A stretch of 64,000 bases of DNA from Octopus vulgaris. Taxonomy: Eukaryota. The stretch covers positions 5,766,001-5,830,000 of the forward strand of contig OX597833.1 in assembly GCA_951406725.2 (NCBI GenBank). Reading direction: 5' to 3'. Position 1 is the first letter of the stretch. Every line of letters starts with the position of its first letter. A model generated the notes under the pieces. The model was not told the origin of the DNA. It did no database searches and worked only from the letters and a program-made list of their open reading frames with translations. This document shows, piece by piece, positions 28,340-41,559 of the stretch. The translations under genes and the position numbers were made by a program.

Positions 28340-28883
28340 GTCAGGGGCCGCGTGGTTAAGAAGGTCGTTTCAAAACCCTTCAGAATTACGTCGGAGTTCG
28401 ATCCCTTTACGTAACACCCACAGTGTCTTTTACCACGGCATCAGCTCCCTTTTCTCTTTATATCCTAACTGTGAATACATTCAGGTGCTCCAGCTTGTAT
28501 TTCAATTCCCTTATCTCGTGGCATTTGCTTAGGCTCTTTGCATTCTGAGATCGACTCGCACTGTGATAAACTTTGCTTTTCATCTTTGTTGGGCCGATAA
28601 AATAAGGTACTGCTCAAACTGTGAGGTCAATAACATCGATTAACCTTCCCCCGCCCACCACCACTTAAAAAATGGCCTTGTTTCTAAATTAGAAATGACA
28701 TTTTAAGCTTTTAAGCACCTTCTCAAAATAATCTTTGTCGAACTTAGAATTAGAGGAGAACATTGTGTTACCAGTGAGCAGACAACACGTCTCATGATGT
28801 GCCAAGGTGGAATGTAATTTCATTATGTTTAAGTTCTCGCCTGCTTTAGTAAACCACATAAAAATTAAACATAAAAATTATAT

Positions 28884-29284
28884 AGGCGCAGGAGTGGCTG
28901 TGTGGTAAGTAGCTTGCTAACCAACCACATGGTTCCGGGTTCAGTCCCACTGCCTGGCATCTTGGGCAAGTGTCTTCCGCTATAGCCCCGGGCCGACCAA
29001 AGCCTTGTGAGTGGATTTGGTAGACGGAAACTGAAAGAAGACTGTCGTATATGTGTATATGTATATATATGTATGTGTGTGTGTGTGTGTCTGTGTTTGT
29101 CCCCCTAGCATTGCTTGACAACCGATGTTGGTGTGTTTACGTCCCTGTAACTTAGCGGTTCGGCAAAAAGAGACCGATAGAATAAGTACTGGGCTTCCAA
29201 AGAATAAGTCCCGGGGTCGATTTTCTCGACTAAAGGCGGTGCTCCAGCATGGCCGCGGTCAAATGACTGAGACAAGTAAAAGAT
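28884..29284 (+). mobile_element. SINE family A
   Basis: Full-length match. Confidence 0.9.
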
Positions 29285-30246
29285 AGCGTACTGTAGCTCA
29301 TGTAAATATTTAAAAACGAGATACACCCTCGTCAGGATGATATAAATGCAAATGGGTAACAAATAATGAAACAAAGCTAACTTCTGTTTGGTTAAAATCT
29401 GGTTTTGTTTTTCAAAACAAGCGCAGTGAGTTTGTAGAACGCCATTCGGATCTGAATCACTGCAAAATGGCCGACAACCACAACAGAAAGCTTTAGAATA
29501 AAAAACAAAACACTCAGATAATGGAAAACAGCAGTTGTCCTTCAAAGTGTTTTCCATTTGTTATAAGTGTTTCATTCTGTTACAGGAATATTTATTTAAA
29601 ACGACACTCAGACTAGAATATTTATTTAATACGACACAGTTACCGGGAACTTAGCAGATGTAGCAGGGTCGAATGGTTCGGGCCCCAGATTCGATATCGC
29701 TATGTTGCCATTGAGGCAAGTATTTTTTTTTTAATAGCCTCGGATTGACCCAAACCTTGAGAGTGAAATTGGGGAGAAGGGAGTTGTATGGAATTCGTTA
29801 AATGAATTTCTATTCGTAATTTCAAGGTCCAGGGGCCCGGCATTGCTAAAACCAGTCCTTTCTTGCAAGAACTTCAATCCTCTGGAATTCCCACCGTGCT
29901 AAAAGTCTTTCTTATTGATTTACAAAGAATCATGAGCAACATTAATGGAATCACTCCCATAAGTCTTGGAGGAACTGTGAAGGCCTTGGACACAGCCCTT
30001 TTCTGCAAACCCAGCAAATTACTAAAAATGTCTGAAGGTTGTAGCATATATTGTAAAAACAAAGTGACAAATTAAAAATTTGTTTATCGAATTATAATTA
30101 TTTCTTTGGAAATAACAACAATATACGAAGAAAACCGCTGGTATAGATCCCTTAACACGGTTGAATGAGAGTTAATCGAAACGAATACAAAGGTTCTGAC
30201 AGGTGTTAATTATTTAATCAATGCTTAATATTTACCTGCTACAAGA

Positions 30247-30540
30247 CAGTGGTTAGAGCAGCGGACTCGCAGTCGAGGGATCGCAGGTTCGAATTTCAGA
30301 CCGGGTGATGTGTGTGTTTATGAGCGAAACACCTAAGCTCCACGCGGCTCTGGCAGAAGGTAATGGCGAAACTCTGCTGACTCTTTCGCCACAACTTTCT
30401 CTCACTCTTTCCCCCTGCATCTAGCAGCTCACCTGCGACGGACCGGCGTCCCGTCCAGGTGGGGAACCTATACGCCAATAAAACCGGGAAACCGGCCCTT
30501 ATGAGTCAGGGATGGCTCGAGAAGGAACAAGAGAGAGAAA
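30247..30540 (+). mobile_element. SINE family C (5' slightly truncated)
   Basis: cagtggttagagcagcggactcgc..ggttcgaatt..cgtcccgtccag..aaaccgggaaaccggccc. Confidence 0.8.
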
Positions 30541-31280
30541 AGACAAGACAAATTTGAGGTATTTAGAGACGACGGCTAAGACGCAGTAATTGTTTGACGG
30601 ATTAGAATGAATGTTATTCTTCCTCTTCATTTAGTTTTGAACCAAACCTAAACAGGACGAATGCTACAACGTTACGTGAATCCAATTATGGCACTCTTAC
30701 CTAAATATGAGTCAAACCAAATACTTTTCTTCATGCGTAACCCTAAAATAATATAAATTTGATAATGTTGTCTAACCCTGAAATTGAGACTAAAATTGAA
30801 TTAAATTTGCTATTCGTGCTGCAGTTTCGCTTGACAGAATAAAGTTAGAAGAGAAACTGTCAGGTGAGATCAGGTGTTGGGTAATGCACCGTTGCATTCA
30901 CCGGTTGTCGTTATTTGCTCGGGTCGTTTGGGGAAACACTCCGAGTAGCAATCCCAGTCAGTACCTCTCCCTGAGAGATACTCCCTCATTCGCCACGATA
31001 AGGTCAAAATAGAAACTGGGCTGATACAAATTCATGATGTGGGCACAGAACAGCGAGAATCCAAATTATAACGTATTCCTGAATTCCTAGTCTATTCTGG
31101 TAATCAGCATATTCACGTTGGAATCTGTCAGAAGGTTTTGAGACTGAATAAATACGTTACCGTACTGGATTCTTGTTGTTCTACGTTCACCTTATGAATT
31201 GTTGTATGTTTGGCAGACAACATTCATCCGCAGATAATTTGTTTGCTGGCTTCTATAAACAAGAGCTCGTGCTCTTGTTT

Positions 31281-31372
31281 GATTCATCGACCCGGATAGT
31301 AGCTTTGACTGACGAGACACACAATAAGGTCGAAACGTTGCGATATCTCAAAGTCCCCCACATCAATGAATC
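31281..31372 (+). ncRNA. Type I hammerhead ribozyme with extended stem I
   Basis: ctttga CTGACGA gac acacaataag gtc GAAA cgttgcgata TC tcaaag; outer stem gattcatcga/tcaatgaatc; (TA)n follows; stem III is imperfect. Confidence 0.75.
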
Positions 31373-31526
31373 ATATATATATATATATACATGTGTTATA
31401 AACACATATCGCCTAAAGAAAGGAGATATTCTCAGACGACAGAAATACGTCAGTATGTTCACAATCGAATCTGAGAACGGGTTGAGAATGAATAACTGCG
31501 TTAATATATGAAATATTATTAGCAAT

Positions 31527-31720
31527 AGGCGCAGGAGTGGCTGTGTGCTAAGTAGCTTGCTAACCAACCACATGGTTCCGGGTTCAGTCCCACTGCGTGG
31601 CATCTTGGGCAAGTGTCTTCTGCTATAGCCCCGGGCCGACCAATGCCTTGTGAGTGGATTTGGTAGACGGAAACTTAAAGAAGCCTGTCGTATATATGTA
31701 TATATATGTATATATGTGTA

Positions 31721-31752
<32 letters not shown>

Positions 31753-31951
31753 TGTCCCCCTAGCATTGCTTGACAACCGATGCTGGTGTGTTTACGTCCC
31801 CGTTACTTAGCGGTTCGGCAAAAGAGACCGATAGAATAAGTACTGGGGGCTTACAAAAGAATAAGTCCCGGGGTCGATTTGCTCGACTAAAGGCGGTGCT
31901 CCAGCATGGCCGCAGTCAAATGACTGAAACAAGTAAAAGAGTAACAGAGTA
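31527..31951 (+). mobile_element. SINE family A
   Basis: Full-length match. Confidence 0.9.
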
Positions 31952-32256
31952 ATAAAATTATTAACAATAATATGATTCATTCACCCGATGATATTTACGA
32001 GGAAAACATCTATAAAACATCATTATTGCATGACGAATTCAATAGATCGAAACAGGAGAAATACACTCGTGCGCCATTTTATTAGTTCTCGGACAAAATA
32101 TGAAGGAAGTCGGCCGTTTCCGCCTATTAAAATTCAATTTGGTGGTTTTTATTTGTTTATTTTAAAATGTGTGGATCTCGATAGTATTAGGAATATTGGA
32201 TTAATCTTAAACAACCAGTTATAAAATAAAATAAAGGCATATTACATTAATAAAGG

Positions 32257-32504
32257 TGGAGGCGCGTGGCTTAGTGGTTAGGGTGTCAGCATCATGATCG
32301 TAAGATTGTGGTTTCGATTCCTGGACCGGGCGACGCATTGTGTTCTTGAGCAAAACACTTCGTTTCACGTTGCTCCAGTCCATTCAGCTGGCAAAAATGA
32401 GTAACGCTGCTATGGACTGGCGTCTCGTTTAGCTAGGGAACACATACGCCATTGAAACCGGGAAACCGGGCCCATGAGCCTGGTTAGGCTTTAAAAGGGC
32501 GCAT
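32257..32504 (+). mobile_element. SINE family D with 13-bp TSD
   Basis: A box tggcttagtgg and B box ggtttcgattcc; tacattaataaag duplicated at 32243-32255 and 32518-32530. Confidence 0.9.
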
Positions 32505-32884
32505 TTTTAAAATTTTATACATTAATAAAGTATTTAGCGCAGACACCCAGAAAATGTGGATTTCCTTAGCATGAGGGAGTCTCTTAAAAACTGGATCTTT
32601 TAAAGCTTTGCACGAAATATCTGGGGTATTATGCATGAGACTGCAGTGTTGTGTCTGAGTGATGTTGACCTTCAAGTCTAATAATAACGGCATCGCGTCA
32701 CGCGACCTCAGCTCAATATCTATCAACACTTTGTATAGAAGAAAACAAACTTTGGTATGAGACAGTTATGAATCTGACAATCACGTGAGTGGGTAGCCTA
32801 ATTTGCATATTTCTGTCATTAATTAAACCATGAGTATTTTATGCACAACCAGCGAGAATTTGAAGTGAAATAAATTTAGATATT

Positions 32885-33308
32885 ACTTTCTACTCTAGGC
32901 ACAAGGCACGGAATTTTTAAGGGGGGACCAATCGATTAGATAGACCCCAGTACGCAAGTCGTACTTAATTTATCGATCCCGAAAGGATGAAAGGTAAAGT
33001 CGACCTCGGCGGAATTTGAACTCAGAAGTAAAGACGGACGAAATACCTATTTCTTTACTACCCACAAGGGGCTAAACACAGAGAGGACAAACAAGGACAG
33101 ACAAACGGATTGAGTCGATCATATCGATCCCAGGATGAAAGGTAAAGTCGACCTCGGCGGAATTTGAACTCAGAACGTAACGGGAGACGAAATACCGCTA
33201 CGCATTTCGCCCGGCGTGAAATAAATAAATTTAGATATTACAGAGTACAGTTGTGGGTGAAGAAAGAATAGAAACTCATTTTCTTTATGTATAGAATGTG
33301 TGTTTGTA

Positions 33309-33374
<66 letters not shown>

Positions 33375-33680
33375 TTTTAGCAGACCTTGCATATTATTAT
33401 ATTAAGAACTATTTATATTTGGACAGCCCTGGTCGACTACTCTTGATATTAAATAAATCCAAAGGCAGCAAGCTGGGCAGAATCGTTAGCACGCCGGACA
33501 AAGTGATTAGCGGCACTTCGTCCGCCTTTGCGTTCTGAGTTCAAATTCCGCCGAGGTCGACTTTGCCTTTTATCCTTTCAGGATCGATAAAATGAGTACT
33601 AACCGAGCACTAGGGTCAATATAATCGACTCACCCCCTCCCTCGACCTTGCAGGCCCTGTCCCAAAATTTGAAACCAATA
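32885..33680. mobile_element. Cluster of SINE family B copies (minus 32885-33220, plus 33461-33680)
   Basis: Shared motif gagttcaaattccgccgaggtcgacttt(g/a)cctt..atcct. Confidence 0.85.
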
Positions 33681-34858
33681 TTAAGTAAATCCGCCGGCAG
33701 AGGGCAGTGTTAGGTTTTCGCTGATGTAGAAGATGTTGTTGTTTTGTTGTAGAATCATTTGTTATATAATTACAATCTAAAGTTTAAGGCTATGGTGGTA
33801 CCTTAGCTGCTGGTGTAATCTGATCGTGGTATTACAGTATTACAGCATGGAATGGTAACATGATAAGATGGTAGTTTGGCATAATAAAGCTCAACTATAC
33901 CATTATCACTCACCATCACTGCACAACCTATAACCGTGCAATCGATCGGAACAACAACACCATCGCCGCTGCCACTCATAGATCAAACCATTACGAAACC
34001 GCACCAAGCTGCGATTCACCAATTTACTCTGAATCGGGCATTTATCTGCTCTTTCTGTAATGTGATATATTGCCAAATAACTAATGGCTACGCATTATTA
34101 GAGGCAGTCGACTTTATTCGGGATAAATGGCTGGGTCAGGAGGCTGGGGGTAGTCTGTCGTTAATGACGGTAACAAACAGGACGTATCGATGAAACATCA
34201 TTGGAGTCAGACAGAAATAGGAGGACAATTGAGGACAACACGAAGCGGACAGACACAGAGAACAACACAAATACACACATGTATATATGCTTATATATAT
34301 CTATATAAATACATACATACACAACTATGCTTATATATCTATATAAATACATACACACACAACTATGCTTATATGTCTATATAAATACATACACACACAA
34401 CTATGCTTATATGTCTATATAAACGCAGAGACAAACGCAGAGCGAGAGAAAAAGTATGCACAAAATTAATAGGATAAATAGACAAAACGTAACGAAAGAA
34501 AACCGTGCTATTAGGCCATCAGCTCTTAGGTATTTAATTACCAACTGGAAAGGTGTACGGCTGGTTCAGGTACATGATTGCACATGTGACTGCCTGTTTA
34601 TGTGCTGTATGTGTGTGTGTATGAATGTATACACACACACATGCAAGCACACACATTCGTGCGCTGGCACACGGACAGACAGACACACACACGTATCTAT
34701 AAATTTGTAATGTATTCATATATATACTTGCATACAGACGTATAAGTATATATACATGTATACATGCGCATACAAACATACGCTTGTACGAAAACACATA
34801 CACACACGTCGGGTGTGTATGCTTGTATGTGTTTATATGGTGATTAGATATTCACATG

Positions 34859-35163
34859 TGGAGGCGCAATGGCCCAGTGGTTAGGGCAGCGGACTCGCGG
34901 TCGGAGGATCGCGGTTTCGATTCCCAGACCGGGCTTTGTGTGTGTTTATTGAGCGAAAACACCTAAAAGCTCCACGAGGCTCCTGCAGGGGGTGGTGGTG
35001 ACCCCTATTGTACTCTTTCACCCCAACTTTCTCTCACTCATTCTTCCTGTTTCTTGAGTAACGCTGTGATGGACTGGCAACCCGTCCAGCTGGGGGGAAC
35101 ACATACGCCATAGAAACCGGGTAACCGGGCCCATGAGCCTGAATAGGCTTGAAAAGGGCGCAT
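34859..35163 (+). mobile_element. SINE family C, full length, tail shared with family D
   Basis: Pol III A/B boxes; tail gtaacgctgtgatggactggc..cccgtccagctgggg..gggcccatgagcct as in 32257 and 40631. Confidence 0.9.
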
Positions 35164-35212
35164 AGAAATAGATATTCACATATAGACGTATATAGATATT
35201 ATCCATGCGCAC

Positions 35213-35290
<78 letters not shown>

Positions 35291-35557
35291 CGTATGTGGT
35301 TTATGTATGTTTATTAGCATTTGAATATACGAACGTAGCAACACAGTAACCACAACGCCACGTGGAGGCTCGTGGCCTAATCGGTAAAGTGATACACTAA
35401 CGATTGCTAGATCGTAAGATCGATTTGGGGACCAGGTGGCATGTGTGTTCTTGAGTAAAACACTTCATTTCACGTTGTCCTGCGGGTGAGAGTATACCAG
35501 AATCGTTGGCGCGTCGGTAGAAATGCTTTGCAGTATATCTTCCGACGGTATATCTTC

Positions 35558-35686
35558 CGACCTGGACGGGGGATCACTCGGCTCGTCCGTCGTGAACTGA
35601 TGCGAATTGCAGGACTCAGTGAACATCGACACCTCGAACGCACATTGCGGCCCCGGGATTCTATCGTCCCGGGGCCCCGTCCGGTC
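35558..35686 (+). pseudogene. 5.8S rRNA retro-pseudogene with a ~20-nt internal deletion
   Basis: ggatcactcggctcgt, gaattgcagga, catcgacac.tcgaacgcacattgcggccccggg...cccggggc are diagnostic 5.8S motifs; no ITS, 18S or 28S sequence nearby. Confidence 0.92.
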
Positions 35687-35920
35687 AAAGGCGGCGATCT
35701 GGCAGAAACGTTAGCACGCCGGGCGAAATGCTTAGCGGTATTTCGTCTGCCGCTACGTTCTAAGTTCAAATTCCGCCGAGGTCGACTTTGCCTTTCATCC
35801 TTTCGGGGTCGATAAATTAAGTACCAGTTACACACTTGGGTCGATGTAATCGACTTAATCGATTTGTCTGTCCTTGTTTGTCCCCTCTGTGTTTAGACCC
35901 TTGTGGGTAGTAAAGAAATA
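35687..35920 (+). mobile_element. SINE family B fused to the 3' end of the 5.8S copy
   Basis: aaggcggcgatctggcagaaacgttagcacg...taaagaaata, followed by ggtatatcttc, which also precedes the 5.8S start. Confidence 0.9.
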
Positions 35921-36844
35921 GGTATATCTTCTGGCTGTCTATATTCTGAGATCAAATCCCATTTGTCTGGAGAAAGCTACGGGACACCACTCCAGTATTT
36001 TTTCCAAGTTCCAGTCATGGATGGCCGAAGTGCCAGTAATCTACTTAACGTCGGCTGGGGAGGATATGGAAACCTCCCAGGTCGTTTAGAGAGTGCTAGA
36101 GAAAGCTCACGTGCGCAGGACCTGCCCGAGGGTAGACCGCCACTAGACTAGATACGAGTGTACATACACATACATTTGCATAAATGCATATACCTGTACG
36201 TACATACATTTTCATCTATGTGCACCCACGCGCGCGCGCACACACATTTACACAGAAGCCTGTAAAAGTACATGTATCAGTGTACCTGTGTGTGTTTGAC
36301 TGTTCGTGTGTGTGTGTGTGTTTTGCGGGTGTTCTGTATGTCTGACTATAATGTATTTGTGTATGTGTGTAGAAGGGATCCTGTTACTAGATGTTGGTCA
36401 GCTTGCTGGACAATACATCAATAACAACAACAACAACAACAAGACGAAAAGAGACAATAATGGAGAAACTTAACCACCGTAAATGGCCGCCTGTGGCGAG
36501 GCATATCTTCAACGGCCGCAGCAGGGATGATAATTGCAATGGTCAATAGACTCCTCGGTTTACTAGTGTCTCACTATGGCTGCTGTAGCAAAGCTCGTAT
36601 GCACACACACACACACACAAACTCACAAAGTGCATGAAAGCGCATAGCTCAATGGTTAGGGAGTTGCTCTCACGATTGCGAGGTCGTGGGTTCGATTCCC
36701 AGACAGGGTGTTGGGTTGTGTTCTTGAGCAAAGCACTTCATTTCACGTTGCTCTGCGATCATTTCGTCATGTAAATGAATCCTCTGTCTGATTGTTCGGC
36801 AAGAATTAACCGAACCCTTATACGTCGTCTAAGACGGGAGAGTC

Positions 36845-36894
<50 letters not shown>

Positions 36895-37397
36895 GACGGG
36901 CTTGTTTCAGTTTCCGTCCACCAAATCCACTCACAAGGCTTTGGTCGGCCCGATACTAGATTAGAGGGCACTTGCCTAAGATGCCACGCAGTGGGACTGA
37001 ACCCGGAACTATATGGTTGGGAAGCAGGCTTCTTACTACACACCCACTACTGCACCTATCCACACAGCCACGCCTGCGCCGATGTATACATACATGTATA
37101 TGTATATATATGTATGTGTGTGTGTGTGTGTATCCAGAACCTTAAGTTGGACGAAATGCTGCTAGGCCTTTTGCCTGGCCTGCAACGACTCTACTAGATC
37201 GCCGCCTTAATAAGACTTATTAATTATTATTATCAGTACATCGACCCTAATTTCTCTACTGGTACAGATTTTACGACCCCGAAAAGATGAACGGCAGAGT
37301 AAACCGCGGTGGAATTTGAACTCAGAATGTAAAGCCGAACGAAACGCCCCTAAGCATTTTGCCCGGCGTGCTAATGATTCTGCCAGCTCACTGCATT

Positions 37398-37428
<31 letters not shown>

Positions 37429-37829
37429 GCAGCAGCAGCAATAATAGTAATAGTAGTAATAATCTTTTCTACTGTAGGCACATGACCTGAAATTTTGGGG
37501 AGGGGTTATAGCTGATTACATCGACCCTAGTGTCTCACTGGTACTTAATTTATTGACTCCGAAAGAATGAAATGCAAAACCGATCCCAGCGGAATTTGAA
37601 CTCAGAACTTTGTGGCAGACGAAATGCCGCTCAGCATTTCGCCCGGCGTGCTAACCTTTCTACCAGCTCGCCATCATAACAGCAACTGCAGCAGCAACAA
37701 CAACAACAACAGCAATATTAGCCCTAATTAAATCGACTGGACGTCGTCTTCGCAGATCTGACCAGTCAGCAGCTGAAGATACAAAAACTCAATTACAATC
37801 AAACTGTGCTTCTAATATCCTCTTTCAGG

Positions 37830-38285
37830 ATAATTTTAAAAGAAAGAAGAAAACTTCAATATCTACAGTTTTCTGATAGCATTTTTTCTCCGATTATTCG
37901 AATATGTAAACATCTCTTTTATCAGAAGAAAATTCTTAAATGCCTCCGGCTATCTGACTTCAGCAGCTTCGAAATAAGCGACTTTCTGCGAGGATATAAT
38001 TTCTTCATTTCTTCTAGTTGTCCAAACACGCCATCATTCCTCTTTCATATAAGTTAAAAAATTTAATATCTATATCTTTCTGTGAGTATTTAATTTTCTT
38101 TTTCCTGATTATTCGAATACGCAAACAGGGCGTTTTATCACAAGAACACTCTTAAACGCCTCCGGCTAATCTATCTTCGGCAAGTGACTTTCTGTGAGTA
38201 GATAATTTCTTAATTTTTTTTTTCTAACTTTTCGAACACGTAAACCTTCCACTTTCATATACAGGACAAACTGAAGTGCCTCCAC
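37830..38285. repeat. Degenerate higher-order tandem repeat (~213-bp unit of ~105-bp subunits)
   Basis: gattattcgaata..aaaca..ttttatca.aagaa...cttaaa.gcctccggcta recurs near 37892 and 38107. Confidence 0.75.
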
Positions 38286-38295
38286 AATTCAAAAC

Positions 38296-38516
38296 TTACT
38301 CTCTTTTGAACTATTTTACTTGTTTCAGTCATTTTGACTGCGGCCATGCTGGAGCACCGCCTTTAGTCGAGCAAATCGACCCCGGGACTTATTCTTTGTA
38401 AGCCCAGTACTTATTCTATCGGTCTCTTTTGCCGAACCGCTAAGTGACGGGAACGTAAACACACCAGCATCGGTTGTCAAGCAATGCTAGGGGGACAAAC
38501 ACAGACACACAAACAT

Positions 38517-38586
<70 letters not shown>

Positions 38587-38793
38587 TTATATATATATAT
38601 TTATATATATATGTATATATACATATATACGACAGGTTTCTTTCAGTTTCCGTCTACCAAATCCACTCACAAGGCATTGGTCAGCCCGGGGCTATAGCAG
38701 AAGACACTTGCCCAAGATGCCACGCAATGGGACTGAACCCGGAACCATGTGGCTGGTAAGCAAGCTACTTACCACACAGCCACGCCTGCGCCT
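38296..38793 (-). mobile_element. SINE family A with expanded internal microsatellite
   Basis: Reverse-complement full-length match. Confidence 0.9.
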
Positions 38794-38999
38794 AGAACAC
38801 TTTCCTGCAATGGTGACCGAGCAGACTACAAAAGTTCCAAACTGGAAATGTCCAGGTCTGAGCGGGCTACAATGGTTCGGACTGAAAAAATTTCCAACAT
38901 TACACGAAAGAACAGTTGTGCAAACGGATGAGATGATCGGCAACGGGGTGGAACATTATTTACATTATTTATATTTGCTGGATTTTTGTCCTCATCTTA

Positions 39000-39194
39000 T
39001 GAGCAAAAATCTCGAGAAGTACGTGGAACAAATTGGGGCTGCAATAAGGGTGGAGCACTTGCAGAAAACAGCACTGCTTGGAACTGCTCGAATACTCCGG
39101 AAGGTGCTCGAAAAATAAGAGGTGTTACCTTAGTTCACTGGTAGTGAACGGCTGACACCGTACTACATCCTCAGCGTTAGAAGCTGTGCAAAGG
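39000..39194 (+). mobile_element. 3' end of an R4/Dong-clade LINE followed by (TAC)n
   Basis: SKNLEKYVEQIG..LQKTALLGTARILRKVLEK* plus a 3' UTR ending gctgtgcaaagg. Confidence 0.85.
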
Positions 39195-39244
<50 letters not shown>

Positions 39245-39273
39245 ATGCTACTACTACTACAACAACAACAACA

Positions 39274-39309
<36 letters not shown>

Positions 39310-39503
39310 GATGATGATGATGATATACATGCATATATATCTTTCTGTCTGTCTGTCTCTATCTGCCTGTCTACAGAAATATACATATATACACATACAC
39401 AAACACACACATACACACACACATATATATATATATAAAGATATAGAAATAGATATATTTATATTTGTACATACACACATATAGATATATGTATATATAT
39501 ACT

Positions 39504-39536
<33 letters not shown>

Positions 39537-39752
39537 ATATACATATATAGATATTCGCACACGCACGTGCACACACACACATACACACACATACACATAC
39601 ACTCACACACAAATATCTCTAACAGCCCATCGTGAGACAAGAACAAGTATGGCACAGTACTATGTAATATGATTTCGATAATTGTGTTCTAAGCGCCAAT
39701 TGAGATCATGGATATTTTCTCAGCTATTCGACCTTTTTGATTCAAGGCGTGA

Positions 39753-39864
<112 letters not shown>

Positions 39865-40190
39865 TATGCGAGTAATTTGCAATTAAGACGTTCGGGTTCC
39901 ATTTTGCTGCGTGGTACCTTGCGCAAGTAATTTTGTTTTTATATACCAGAGACTCGGGTAGATTGACGCCTTCCTTTGAAATTGCGTCAACGGAAATGGC
40001 GGAAGTCCATTAGATGGATTGCACCCGTAATTATAAAGACCTGCTTTGACAGCCACTGGGTCAGCGCGGTTCTGAGGTCGATTGGGTTAAAAGTACATGT
40101 AGCTGTAGATGTTTGATTCGTTAGGTCTGTAGATAATAGAGCGAAGAGCTTCAAAAGTCATCCTCGATATTGACGAAGGCCCAATTTGTA

Positions 40191-40239
<49 letters not shown>

Positions 40240-40547
40240 ACACACGTATCTATATATGTATATATACATATACATACATATACATATATATATATATATG
40301 TATATATATGCATACATTCAAAGATGAACGCAGTCATACACATAAACACATACATACATGAGTGAATGGCAAGACACGTGTGCAATGAAGCGGAAAAGTG
40401 AAATTTAAGTAGCTACTAACTCATTAATATGTACGTGTGTGTGTATCTGGGTTGGTATATATACGAATATATATATATAATATACACACACATATATTAT
40501 AAGCATATATGCATCTATATTTATATATACACGTATATACTTATATG

Positions 40548-40623
<76 letters not shown>

Positions 40624-40630
40624 TACGAGC

Positions 40631-40878
40631 GGAGGCGCGTAGCCTAGTGGTTAAGGTGTCAGCATCATGATCGTAAAATAGTGGTTTCGATTCCTGGACC
40701 GGGCAAAGCGTTGTGTTCTTGAGCAAAACACTTCATTTCACGTTGCTCCAGTTCACTCGGCTGGCAAAAATGAGTAACGCTGCGATGGACTGGCGTCCCG
40801 TCCAGCTGGGGAACACATACGCCATTGAAACCCGGGAAACCGGGCCCATGAGCCTGGCTAGGCTTTAAAAGGGTGCAT
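40631..40878 (+). mobile_element. SINE family D
   Basis: Highly similar to the 32257 copy. Confidence 0.9.
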
Positions 40879-41255
40879 TTATTTATTTTCATTACACACA
40901 CACACATACACACACACATATATATATACATATATACACACATATCTATATATATATATATAAATATATAAATATATCTATATATATATATATAGATATA
41001 GATATGTGTGTATATATGTATATATATATATATACATACATAATACGTACGTTCATATATACATACGTACATACGTGCATACATACATACATACATACAT
41101 ACATACATACATACATACATACACATACATACATACATACATACATACGTACGTACGTACATACATGCGTAGAGAGCGGGACCACCACCATACCACCACC
41201 ACCAAGAAAACCGCAACAACAGTAACAACAACCACAAGGGCAAGAGCAACATAGA

Positions 41256-41294
<39 letters not shown>

Positions 41295-41300
41295 GATAAC

Positions 41301-41359
<59 letters not shown>

Positions 41360-41501
41360 TAGTAATAATGATAGTAATAATAATAATAACAATAATAATA
41401 ATAATAATAATAATAACAACAATAACAATAATAATAATAATGATAAGGATAATAATAATAACAATAATAAAAATAATGATAATAATAATAAGGATAATAA
41501 A

Positions 41502-41559
<58 letters not shown>

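Noticed and set aside
29310-29340. Minus-strand CTGACGA with a small hairpin
   Set aside because: No GAAA or stem III follows.
34859-34935. tRNA gene candidates at SINE heads (also 32257, 40631 and 14850)
   Set aside because: A/B boxes are present, but there is no proper acceptor stem and they continue into SINE bodies.
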